The position numbers were made by a program, and so were the translations under genes. Below, one piece after another: positions 9,093 through 17,531 of a stretch of 64,000 nt of DNA. Below the pieces are notes generated by a model, which saw nothing but the letters and a program-made list of their open reading frames with translations, had not been told where the DNA came from and did not search any database. Source of the stretch: Chlamydiae bacterium RIFCSPLOWO2_12_FULL_45_20 (GTDB lineage: Bacteria; Chlamydiota; Chlamydiia; Chlamydiales; SM23-39); contig MGMD01000001.1 of the NCBI GenBank assembly GCA_001796285.1, forward strand, positions 74,143 to 138,142, written 5' to 3'. The first letter of the stretch is position 1. Each line of letters opens with the position of its first letter.

Positions 9093-9887
9093 ATGAGCTT
9101 TTTCCACGCAATCACACCGTTTCTCGAAGTGCTGATCATAGCCGTCATGCTCAACTACATCCTGTCCTTTTTTTGGAATACCAAATCCATGGATTTGGTG
9201 TGGGGTTTCTTTGCCTTCTTTTTGATCTTGGCCATCTCCAGCTGGCTGGATCTCCCAGTCTTGCACAGGATTATGGTGTTGATCGGTAATGTGCTAGCCA
9301 TTGCCATTATCGTCATTTTTCAACCGGAGTTGAGAGTCGCCTTAGCAAAACTTAGTTTTAAGAGCCGAAGGTCTCGAGATATTACCGAATTCGATAAATT
9401 ACTCGACCAGTTCGCCGCCTCGGTGTACCGGATGTCTGAAAAAAGAGTCGGAGCACTGATCGCCATAGAAAATGACGACTCCTTAGAAGAATATGCACAA
9501 AAAGCAGTCATGCTCAATGCCGCTTTCTCTCCTGAGCTCCTCGAAACTATTTTTTCCATTAACACCCCTCTCCATGATGGGGCTGTGATTTTGCGTGACC
9601 AGGTCCTCCTCGCCGCCGCCGTGATTCTTCCTCTTGCTGAAGATGCATCGCAACTAGCGCGCTCTATGGGAACAAGACATAGGGCGGGGCTCGGTCTCAG
9701 CCATATGACAGACGCTCTAGTGATTGTGGTCTCCGAAGAGTCAGGAAAAGTTTCCATTGCAAGAGAAGGGATTATGACGCGAGGTGTAAAAATCGATCGA
9801 TTTAAAGGAATTATCCGCAGTATCTTTAACCCTCCAGCCCGCTTGGGCGCATCAAAATTTAATTTGAGGGAGTGGCTCAAAGCATGA
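9093..9887 (+). CDS. cdaA: diadenylate cyclase CdaA/DacA (membrane-anchored, DAC domain)
   Basis: Three N-terminal TM segments are followed by GALIAIE..TPLHDGAVIL..GTRHRAGLGLS..DALVIVVSEESGKVS, the DisA_N/DAC motifs DGA and RHR. Confidence 0.9.
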   Translation: MSFFHAITPFLEVLIIAVMLNYILSFFWNTKSMDLVWGFFAFFLILAISSWLDLPVLHRIMVLIGNVLAIAIIVIFQPELRVALAKLSFKSRRSRDITEFDKLLDQFAASVYRMSEKRVGALIAIENDDSLEEYAQKAVMLNAAFSPELLETIFSINTPLHDGAVILRDQVLLAAAVILPLAEDASQLARSMGTRHRAGLGLSHMTDALVIVVSEESGKVSIAREGIMTRGVKIDRFKGIIRSIFNPPARLGASKFNLREWLKA

Positions 9888-11128
9888 GAACTTTACTGCT
9901 ACAGTTATTGACCAGTCATTGGCCGAGGAAAGTGCTCTCGTTAGCTTTAGCGATGATCATTTGGATGTTAGTCAATCATTCGATGACGGTAACCAAAGTC
10001 GTGCCCAATGTGCCCATTCGAGTCAGCAATCTGCCTGCTGGGAAAACCATCGAGGGAATGCAAATCGATGGAACCTTGAACAAAAGGGTTTCCCTTACTT
10101 TGATAGGACACCGGGCGGCATTAGAAAACATTCAGGCAAAAGACCTAGAAATTCTCATCGATGCGGAAAATACATCCCATGAATGGATTGCATCGATCGA
10201 CAAGAAGCATCTCGTCAGCCTGAACCCAGGATTAGATATCGTCAAGCAAATTTCCCGAGTTCAGCCCATTGACATGATTTTCCGGCAAAGCCAGCTGACC
10301 AGCGAAAGGATTCCCATCACCATCACGCAGCCCATTGGCGAAGTTCCCAGAGGGTATCAACTGCTTGATATTTACCCCTACCAGCTTTCCGTGACGATCA
10401 CAGGACCTGAAGAAGCCGTCAAAAGGTTGAAGAACCGAGGGCTTAAGCTTACGTTTAATCTCAATGATATCAATCAAGAGGAGCTCGATGCCCTCTATTC
10501 TCTGAAAGGGGATAATGCCGATGAGATCAGCTATTTTGTGCCCGACTCCTGGAAAAGGATTTCCTTGCCCCTCCTTTCTGATCAACCGATCGCCATTGAC
10601 GATCCGAGGGCCTCTTTTTTAAGGATTGATTTTTCTCGTCAAGACCTTCTTCCCATCACCTTTCCCATTCCTATTACCATTTTTTTTCCATCCCAGCATA
10701 GCGCGACCATCAACCCTGAGACCTATGCACTGGCAACTAGTGATTTCATCACAAAAAAAAATGGAATCAAACTCTTTAACGCCCCCCTGTACGCCCAGGG
10801 GGTAAGTCGTCTTTTTTTAGAGACCGTCAAAGATCGGTTACAAGTGGTCATCATTGCAGCGCCCAAATCAGAAAGAGAAGCGCTGCTTTGGAACCTCCAA
10901 TTCATGTATCCGCATGAGCTAGAAGACCGCTATGTTTCCAAGGTCATTTCAGAATCCAATGATCTGATGTTCGATGTCCAGCCAACCTATTTGGAAGACT
11001 ATCTTCGGAGCCGTTTCCGAAGTTACATGAATCGTTTCCGCCTCTATACACCCAACCATAGCAAGCTAAACCTCAACATCGAGCTGAAAGCCAATGCGAT
11101 TTCGGTAACCCCGCAAAACTACCCATGA
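9884..11128 (+). CDS. YbbR-domain protein (CdaR-like regulator of CdaA)
   Basis: The start overlaps the cdaA stop as ATGA. It has an N-terminal TM anchor followed by repeated beta-rich modules. Its position and architecture match the ybbR gene that follows cdaA. Confidence 0.75.
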   Translation: MRTLLLQLLTSHWPRKVLSLALAMIIWMLVNHSMTVTKVVPNVPIRVSNLPAGKTIEGMQIDGTLNKRVSLTLIGHRAALENIQAKDLEILIDAENTSHEWIASIDKKHLVSLNPGLDIVKQISRVQPIDMIFRQSQLTSERIPITITQPIGEVPRGYQLLDIYPYQLSVTITGPEEAVKRLKNRGLKLTFNLNDINQEELDALYSLKGDNADEISYFVPDSWKRISLPLLSDQPIAIDDPRASFLRIDFSRQDLLPITFPIPITIFFPSQHSATINPETYALATSDFITKKNGIKLFNAPLYAQGVSRLFLETVKDRLQVVIIAAPKSEREALLWNLQFMYPHELEDRYVSKVISESNDLMFDVQPTYLEDYLRSRFRSYMNRFRLYTPNHSKLNLNIELKANAISVTPQNYP

Positions 11129-12213
11129 ACGTAGTCCTTCTCAAATCGCACTCTAAAAACCTGGGAGGCCTTGAAAAATACACCTCTCGGATTGCCTCTT
11201 TTTTCATACAAAAAGGCTGCCGAGTCACCCTTCTTTCCACAGGCCCCTCTAGCTATACGGAAATTCCTATTGTTTCGATGCCATCGGCTCCTTGGCCCTC
11301 TTTCATTCGAATGGAACAGTTTGATCGGTTTGTTCAAAAGTGGATCCGAGAACATCAGCCTGAAATAGTTTTTGGTATGGATCGAAATCGCACGCAAACC
11401 CATCTGCGGGCAGGAAATGGGGTACATGCTGCTTATCTCCAAAGCCGCCTCTTCGCCGAAGGCAAAAGAAAGACTTTTTTGTGCCGATTCAATCCTCTGC
11501 ACCGTAAAATTCTCGAGCTTGAAAAAGAAGGTTTTGAAAACCCCTCTCTTCAGAAACTTTTTACAAACTCTCATATGGTGAGCTCTGAAATCCTAAATAC
11601 TTACAATGTGCAGCAAGAAAAAGTGAAAGTCGTTCATAATGGGGTCGAATGGGTGGAAATGGAGCCTGCTTTTGCGCTTTGGGAAGAAAGGAAAAACCAA
11701 CCGTTCCAGTTTCTTTTTATCGGACATGGATACTTAAGAAAGGGTCTTGAAAGACTGTTAACGGGACTGTCTCTTCTAAAAACACAAGAGTTTCACCTCA
11801 CGGTGATCGGCAGGGACAAGAACATGGCACTTTTCCGGGAACAAGCAAGAAGGCTGAAACTACAAGAACGGATCACCTTTATCGGCCCAACGACTGACGT
11901 GATCCCATACTATCAACAATCAGACTGCCTGGTCATCCCATCCTTTTACGATCCCTTCGCAAATGTGACTGTTGAAGCACTTGCAATGGGGCTATTTGTC
12001 GTTTCGTCAAGGCATAATGGCGGCTCAGAAGTCCTCACTTCAGAAACTGGGGTTGTAATCGAAGATCTTCTTAATGACGACTCTGTGAAAACAGCCCTTG
12101 AACAGGCTATGAAGTGTCCTAAGACCCGCCAAAGCGCGATCCACATCCGCCAATCTGTAAAACACCTCGATTTTGCCAATCAACTGACACGACTGATGGA
12201 ACACTGTGTCTAA
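11125..12213 (+). CDS. GT-B glycosyltransferase, family 4 type (LPS core-type)
   Basis: 362 aa. The C-terminal half ..FIGHGYLRKGL..LVIPSFYDPFANVTVEALAMGLFVVSS..GGSEV is the GT4 E-x7-E region. Its ATG overlaps the previous stop (ATGA). Confidence 0.8.
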   Translation: MNVVLLKSHSKNLGGLEKYTSRIASFFIQKGCRVTLLSTGPSSYTEIPIVSMPSAPWPSFIRMEQFDRFVQKWIREHQPEIVFGMDRNRTQTHLRAGNGVHAAYLQSRLFAEGKRKTFLCRFNPLHRKILELEKEGFENPSLQKLFTNSHMVSSEILNTYNVQQEKVKVVHNGVEWVEMEPAFALWEERKNQPFQFLFIGHGYLRKGLERLLTGLSLLKTQEFHLTVIGRDKNMALFREQARRLKLQERITFIGPTTDVIPYYQQSDCLVIPSFYDPFANVTVEALAMGLFVVSSRHNGGSEVLTSETGVVIEDLLNDDSVKTALEQAMKCPKTRQSAIHIRQSVKHLDFANQLTRLMEHCV

Positions 12214-13486
12214 AGAAAAATGGATATACTACATCATCCGGATAGGAACCTTTCCCTTGGGCTATCTTCCCTATTCATGGCTCCATAGAATCGGAAAATG
12301 GCTCGGCTGGATAGGCTACTATGGTATGAGAGAATACCGAAAACGGGCGTTGAGCAATCTCGCCTTGGCGAAGGATCTAGCTTTAAGTCGCAAAGAAATC
12401 CTTGTATTTGCCAAACAGTCCTTTCAAAATCTTGCCATCAACTGTCTGGAATACTCCAAATTTGCGCGTGAAAAAGATCTTTCCCGCGTGATTACATGTG
12501 AAAATCCCGAAGAGGCAGCGCACATTTATGCGCAAGGGAAAGGGATCATTTTTTTCTGCGGTCACCAATCGAATTGGGAGGTACTATTCCTCAATGGAAC
12601 AGCCCACATGAAGGGTCTTGCAATCGGTAAACCCATTAAGAATAAATGGCTCTACAAATGGATTCTTTCCATTCGAGAAAGAAATGGCGGAACCATTATT
12701 TCCCCGAGAAATGCCGTCAAAGAAGGTCTTAAAGCGCTGAGAAGGGGTACCTTCCTAGGGATTGTGGGGGATCAGGGCATGCCAAATAGCGGCTATTCCT
12801 TTCCCTTTCTGGGAAGAAGGGCATGGACATCTCCGGCCCCAGCTCTTCTTGCATACAAAACCAATAGTCCCATCATTTTTGCAGACACCCGACGCGTTCA
12901 GGGTAGATATCAGATCCATTATTCTGACCCCATTTGGCCCGATCTTTCAAAACCCCTAGAAATAGAAGTGATCCGCATGATGGATCAAACGCTCACCCTT
13001 CTTCAAAAAAGCGTCCAACGCTCTCCTGGAGAGTGGCTCTGGCAACATAACCGCTGGAAACAGCAAACCATCCACAACCTCTACAAGCGCTTTCGGCACG
13101 ATTGCATTTGCCTGATTCTTCCCGATGAGGGATTTCATGCACTCCTTCCTCACCTTTCCACATTAAAGGAAATTTATGCTTTAGCCTTTTTTTTCCTACT
13201 CGTTCCTGAAAAATACCGAGCAATCCCCCTCATCGAAGCAGAGGAGACGATCTATTATTCTAAACCTGAAGAAACCCTCCTTGACGACCTTCGCTTCAAG
13301 CTCATCTTTAACTTTACAAACTACAAAAAAATCCATAAATACTATAAGCGTTTGAGCGCCTTTACAGTACTCAACCTAGAAAAAATCCACGAACTTGCCA
13401 AAGAACATGCAAAACCTCATCATGACCTTTCTGATACCTTGAAAAGAGCTCTTTGTAAGCCGGGCTCCATTTGGCAAAGAGAATAG
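12206..13486 (+). CDS. lipid A biosynthesis (Kdo)2-lipid IVA acyltransferase-like protein (LpxL/HtrB family) with C-terminal extension
   Basis: It has the GHQSNWE acyltransferase H-x4-E/D motif, GIVGDQG, and an LpxL-like N-terminal TM segment. About 130 extra C-terminal residues have no motif I recognise. Confidence 0.75.
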   Translation: MSKEKWIYYIIRIGTFPLGYLPYSWLHRIGKWLGWIGYYGMREYRKRALSNLALAKDLALSRKEILVFAKQSFQNLAINCLEYSKFAREKDLSRVITCENPEEAAHIYAQGKGIIFFCGHQSNWEVLFLNGTAHMKGLAIGKPIKNKWLYKWILSIRERNGGTIISPRNAVKEGLKALRRGTFLGIVGDQGMPNSGYSFPFLGRRAWTSPAPALLAYKTNSPIIFADTRRVQGRYQIHYSDPIWPDLSKPLEIEVIRMMDQTLTLLQKSVQRSPGEWLWQHNRWKQQTIHNLYKRFRHDCICLILPDEGFHALLPHLSTLKEIYALAFFFLLVPEKYRAIPLIEAEETIYYSKPEETLLDDLRFKLIFNFTNYKKIHKYYKRLSAFTVLNLEKIHELAKEHAKPHHDLSDTLKRALCKPGSIWQRE

Positions 13487-13488
13487 AC

Positions 13489-14163
13489 ATGCCAGTAGAC
13501 CGTTTTTTTCACGACTCAGATCTCACCGGAGAAGTACAACTGGAAGGGGCTGAAATGCACCACTTCCATGTAATGAGAAAACAGGCGGGTGATACCATTG
13601 AACTCGTCAATGGCCACGGTTCGGTGGCAAAAGCTAAAGTTCTGACACTATCGAAAAAAGCTGTCCTTCTTACAATCGTATCTTTATCGCATACACCGAT
13701 CCCCCCCCCTCAGTTGACTCTTGCTATCCCCTTCATGCGGCCCAGTAAACTCGAGTTTACGTTAGAAAAATGCGTCGAACTGGGAGCGGATGCCTTTTAT
13801 TTATATCCTGCACAATTTTCTGAAAAAGAGAACTTCTCCACCCATCAAATGTCGCGGCTAGAATCCATTGTGATCTCTGCCATGAAGCAGTGCGGCCGTC
13901 TTGATTTGCCAAGTATAGCATGTACTTCTTTGCTGGATTGCTTAAGTCAAGAACTACCCCTTTATTTCGGAGATCCTATAGGCCAAAAAAAGACGATACC
14001 AAACGATCCCTGTATCATCATCACAGGCCCTGAAAAAGGCTTTTCAGCGGAAGAGAAAGAGCTTCTCCACCAAAAGGGTTCTCCTATCCGACTAGGGGAC
14101 TATATTTTACGAGCCGAGACAGCCCCCATCGCAGCCGCATGCGCTTATCACCTTAGGGACTAA
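13489..14163 (+). CDS. rsmE: 16S rRNA (uracil1498-N3)-methyltransferase RsmE
   Basis: MPVDRFF.., HHFHVMR, LEKCVELGA and GPEKGFS..E....G......LG..ILRAETA form the RsmE/SPOUT pattern. The start lies 2 nt after the upstream stop. Confidence 0.85.
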   Translation: MPVDRFFHDSDLTGEVQLEGAEMHHFHVMRKQAGDTIELVNGHGSVAKAKVLTLSKKAVLLTIVSLSHTPIPPPQLTLAIPFMRPSKLEFTLEKCVELGADAFYLYPAQFSEKENFSTHQMSRLESIVISAMKQCGRLDLPSIACTSLLDCLSQELPLYFGDPIGQKKTIPNDPCIIITGPEKGFSAEEKELLHQKGSPIRLGDYILRAETAPIAAACAYHLRD

Positions 14164-14404
14164 TATAGTCGATTAAGTTTAAAATTACATTTTTAGAGCC
14201 TCGCGAAAGCTCCCGCGGGAAATATGATCGAAAGTGGTGGATGAGAGGCTAAAAAGAGCGTACCCATAATGATTTTTCTTAGACGGAAAAAATCAAACAA
14301 AAAGGAATACGCTCATGAAATGGGTATCTTCCGGCTCGCGATATCCAAACCGGTATTGGGCCAATCAATATTCGTCAGCCTAGGGTTAGAGATAAACTCA
14401 GGCC

Positions 14405-14433
14405 TTGACTCTAATTTTTTTGTTTCGTAAGAT
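14405..14433 (+). promoter_or_regulatory. candidate sigma-70-type promoter for the 957-aa ORF
   Basis: TTGACT at 14405-14410, a 17-nt spacer, then TAAGAT at 14428-14433, about 40 nt upstream of the ATG at 14472. This is a sequence match only. Confidence 0.3.
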
Positions 14434-14471
14434 CTCCGATCTTCTTTTTTAGAAGATTAAAGGATCTATCC

Positions 14472-17345
14472 ATGTCAATAGTAATTAGCAGCTCTCTAAC
14501 AACAACCACTATCCCTTGCGCTAAGTGTAACAATGCATTGCTAGTACAATTAAACGTCGAGAAGACAGGAAACATTTTTCGCGCTCTCGTTAATGAAACA
14601 GCCTTCCCATTAAATAACAGTAATTTGGCCTTAAGGATTTCAGCTCGTGGAGGAAACGGATTAGATGGAATAAATGGAATGCACGGAAGAGATGGGATGA
14701 ATGGATCTTCTGGCTCCTCAGCTACCGAACTTTCTATAGGCGGAAACGGCAGTAATGGAACTAACGGAACTGACGGAGGGCCCGGAGGTGATGGAGGTAA
14801 TGGAGGTGATGGAGGTAACGTCATTATGATGGCACCTCAAGAAGCTACAGATCTTTTTATGTTAATTCGTTCTATTGATGTCTCTGGAGGAAAAGGGGGC
14901 CGTGGAGGCAAAGGGGGCTGTGGAGGAAGGGGAGGGAGTGGAGGAGCTGGGGGGAATGGATATTCCTGGTCAACTTATACATATAGGCAAACTGCAGACA
15001 TGGGAACTCTAACCGATATAGCATACCATTCAATGCCAGGAGGACACAGTGGGTTCAATGGATCTTCTGGAAGGGACGGAAGAGATGGAAATAATGGAGC
15101 AGATGGTAGAAGCGGTTCGTACAAATTTGTTGTTTACAAAGACGGGTCTTCAAGGGAATATCAAGACAGATACGATCTTACATTGGAATCATTTTCACCT
15201 ATAAGCACGGAGACAGGAACCTTTGAGCCTGGACAATCAGTTGAAATAGGGGACATACGGGTTTTAAATCCAACTGCCATGCCAACTCCAGTAGTCCCCG
15301 CTTTTGTAACTTTAGCATCATCCCCTCATATTCAAAATGTTAAAGGAATAGAGGTACCGAGTCTTGCTCCAAAGGAAAAACGTACTTTAGAAGGCAAGGT
15401 TTCCTTTGTAATTAGTCCCTTTGAATTTGATCCAGGATCTGCCCAATTTTTAAATTTACGGCTTACAGTGGATCTGATAGCTCAGCTTCAAAGAGTAGGA
15501 GCTTGCTATCCATCTGTACTTAAGCCTTTTTGTAATGTCCGTTACCCCGTTACACTTTATCACAACTCTTCTACAAATGTAACCATAGCAGGAAATCCTT
15601 TCTGCCAAGCATTTTTAGTAAAAAACCATTCTCCCAAACTCTTTGGAGAAGGCTCGCATGGTAGAAAGCTAGCTCTTAGACTTTCTGCAACAAGAGAAGA
15701 TGGGCAGTCTCGCTTGCTGTGCGTACGTTTACGAAGTGGAGAAACACAATCTTTAGATGCTCCTGTTATGATTCCAATAGATAGCCTTTCCAAAGACAGT
15801 CCCTTTTCTTTATCTGGCTCTTTTGTAGTAGATCCATCTGCACCTTCTCACGTGCCTACTAAAATTTTAATTGAACTGTTTTTTCACTGTTTAGATAACT
15901 CTTATAGAGTTATTCAAAGAATCTCTCATCAATTTACTTTCTCTACAGCTTTTGTAGAAGAAGAAAAGACAGGGATTATTCTAGTAATAAACAACCAAGT
16001 TACAAAAAAAGTAATAGATACTTGGAAAAGTTTTGCTGAAAAGTTAAATCGTTCCCTCCAGATATGGGATCAAAGCCTTTATGAGGGAATTGATTTTCAA
16101 GCCTTTTTGCCAAAAGAAAAAACTTCTAACACAACCAGAATCATAGTTCTTTTTAATGAAAAACTCTCAAATGTAGGTAAAAATGCAACAACCTTTTCTC
16201 TGCTATCTAAAGATGCCATAGCAAATGGAACTGTCAAGAGAGTTCATACTTACGTAATAGGAGAGACTTTTCCCATCGAAAGTTTTATAAATCCTCCTCA
16301 AGGATTTGAAAAGAGATGTTATAAAAATCTTACAGACTTTATCGAGGAAGCTTTAAAAATTCCTGCTAATCAGTATTTAAACTTTTATGTAGAGTTTAAT
16401 GTTTTGGAAAGAAGTTATTTTAAGCCAGCACAAAATGATTTAGGTAAAGCTATTTCAGAAATACAAAAAACTTTACACAAATCCTTACCTATGCGTTCTT
16501 TCGAAATTACCATAGACCCAACCCAGCTTACAAAATGGGGTAATGCCGAGAATTTTTTCGGAAGAGACCTCTGGAGATTAGGTGTCATTAAAATTGAGGA
16601 AACTTCGAAAGGTTTGACTACCAAACTAATACACGCACCAGAAAATTTAAGCGCTCTGTCCCATTTTAAAAATACAGTGAAGCTTTGTTCCTTCGAAGAA
16701 AAAATTGAGTATCTTTCCATAGAAGATGCTTCATATAAACAGGCTATTTTAGATACTATTTTATCTGATTTGGTAGATGAAGTTACTATTTACTGGAATC
16801 TGCCATCTAGAGACAATATAAAAAATAAGCAAGAAGCTCTCCCTTGCCTAACTAAATTACTAGCTTTTGTTGCGAGTGTAGAGGAGCAGCTATCTCAAGA
16901 GATACAAGATTTGCTTATTTCATACTGTGCAGTATTAAAAAAAATACAACCATACTTTGTTTTTAGCAATACAAGAGCGCAAGATCTAACAAAATTTGCC
17001 ACCCTATCTATAGAAAATATTTTTAAAGTCCGTTCATTGAACGAATTTCAAAAACAAGTAGATAGTAAATACAAAAACTATAAACAAAAAACAGCAGATG
17101 AAGTAAGAAAAAACGCTCCTTTTTTTGATGAAGTTACCATTAAAGATAACCGCTTAGCTAAACAACATCCTCTCATGGTGACTACCAAAAAAAATAATCA
17201 AGCTGACCTTGTTGTGGCCATTAATTACGACGCTGTAAGAATAAAGCCTGAGCAAGAAGTAAATGATTTGCAGAACAAACTATTGCAGGATCTTTTGAAT
17301 AGATACCCAGAAAACTGGACAGATGACGAGAAAAAAATCTCTTAA
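14472..17345 (+). CDS. large hypothetical protein with four Gly-X-Y triplet blocks (collagen-like periodicity) and an unassigned ~740-aa C-terminal region
   Basis: 957-aa uninterrupted ORF. Residues 60-83, 90-116, 139-163 and 191-217 have Gly at every third position (8, 9, 9 and 9 triplets by my count). No signal peptide is evident, and the N-terminus is Ser/Thr-rich. Confidence 0.85.
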   Translation: MSIVISSSLTTTTIPCAKCNNALLVQLNVEKTGNIFRALVNETAFPLNNSNLALRISARGGNGLDGINGMHGRDGMNGSSGSSATELSIGGNGSNGTNGTDGGPGGDGGNGGDGGNVIMMAPQEATDLFMLIRSIDVSGGKGGRGGKGGCGGRGGSGGAGGNGYSWSTYTYRQTADMGTLTDIAYHSMPGGHSGFNGSSGRDGRDGNNGADGRSGSYKFVVYKDGSSREYQDRYDLTLESFSPISTETGTFEPGQSVEIGDIRVLNPTAMPTPVVPAFVTLASSPHIQNVKGIEVPSLAPKEKRTLEGKVSFVISPFEFDPGSAQFLNLRLTVDLIAQLQRVGACYPSVLKPFCNVRYPVTLYHNSSTNVTIAGNPFCQAFLVKNHSPKLFGEGSHGRKLALRLSATREDGQSRLLCVRLRSGETQSLDAPVMIPIDSLSKDSPFSLSGSFVVDPSAPSHVPTKILIELFFHCLDNSYRVIQRISHQFTFSTAFVEEEKTGIILVINNQVTKKVIDTWKSFAEKLNRSLQIWDQSLYEGIDFQAFLPKEKTSNTTRIIVLFNEKLSNVGKNATTFSLLSKDAIANGTVKRVHTYVIGETFPIESFINPPQGFEKRCYKNLTDFIEEALKIPANQYLNFYVEFNVLERSYFKPAQNDLGKAISEIQKTLHKSLPMRSFEITIDPTQLTKWGNAENFFGRDLWRLGVIKIEETSKGLTTKLIHAPENLSALSHFKNTVKLCSFEEKIEYLSIEDASYKQAILDTILSDLVDEVTIYWNLPSRDNIKNKQEALPCLTKLLAFVASVEEQLSQEIQDLLISYCAVLKKIQPYFVFSNTRAQDLTKFATLSIENIFKVRSLNEFQKQVDSKYKNYKQKTADEVRKNAPFFDEVTIKDNRLAKQHPLMVTTKKNNQADLVVAINYDAVRIKPEQEVNDLQNKLLQDLLNRYPENWTDDEKKIS
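14784..14819 (+). repeat. 4 x 9-bp in-frame tandem repeat (GGAGGTGAT/GGAGGTAAT/GGAGGTGAT/GGAGGTAAC)
   Basis: Read directly from the sequence. It encodes GGD-GGN-GGD-GGN inside the second Gly-X-Y block. Confidence 0.8.
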
Positions 17346-17531
17346 TTTGATCTCTGTCAAGTTATTTTCACTATGATTGTGTGTCGTTTCCTCCGGCCAA
17401 GCTCCAAGCTCAAAATTTTCGAGCGATGGCAAGATCGGTTGTATCCGGAAATGCTTCCCAGGAAAAGCGAGTTACAGCATTTGGCGCGGTCTAAAAGATG
17501 CAATTTTAAACTTAATCGACTATAACAACCG

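Noticed and set aside
9320-9880. 186-aa minus-strand ORF inside cdaA.
   Set aside because: It is a shadow ORF opposite a clearly motif-bearing DAC-domain gene.
14411-14824. 137-aa minus-strand ORF rich in Pro (PPSPPLPPSPPGPP..).
   Set aside because: It is the antisense reading of the GGN-rich Gly-X-Y region of the 957-aa gene. GGN codons read as NCC (Pro/Ser) on the other strand. It has no independent support.
14880-14960. Possible G-quadruplex or CRISPR-like periodicity in the G-rich GGNGGN coding repeats.
   Set aside because: The G-runs are separated by spacers too long and irregular for a canonical G4. The periodicity is 3/9 nt codon-driven inside an ORF, with no repeat-spacer architecture. 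I saw no CRISPR array anywhere in the window.
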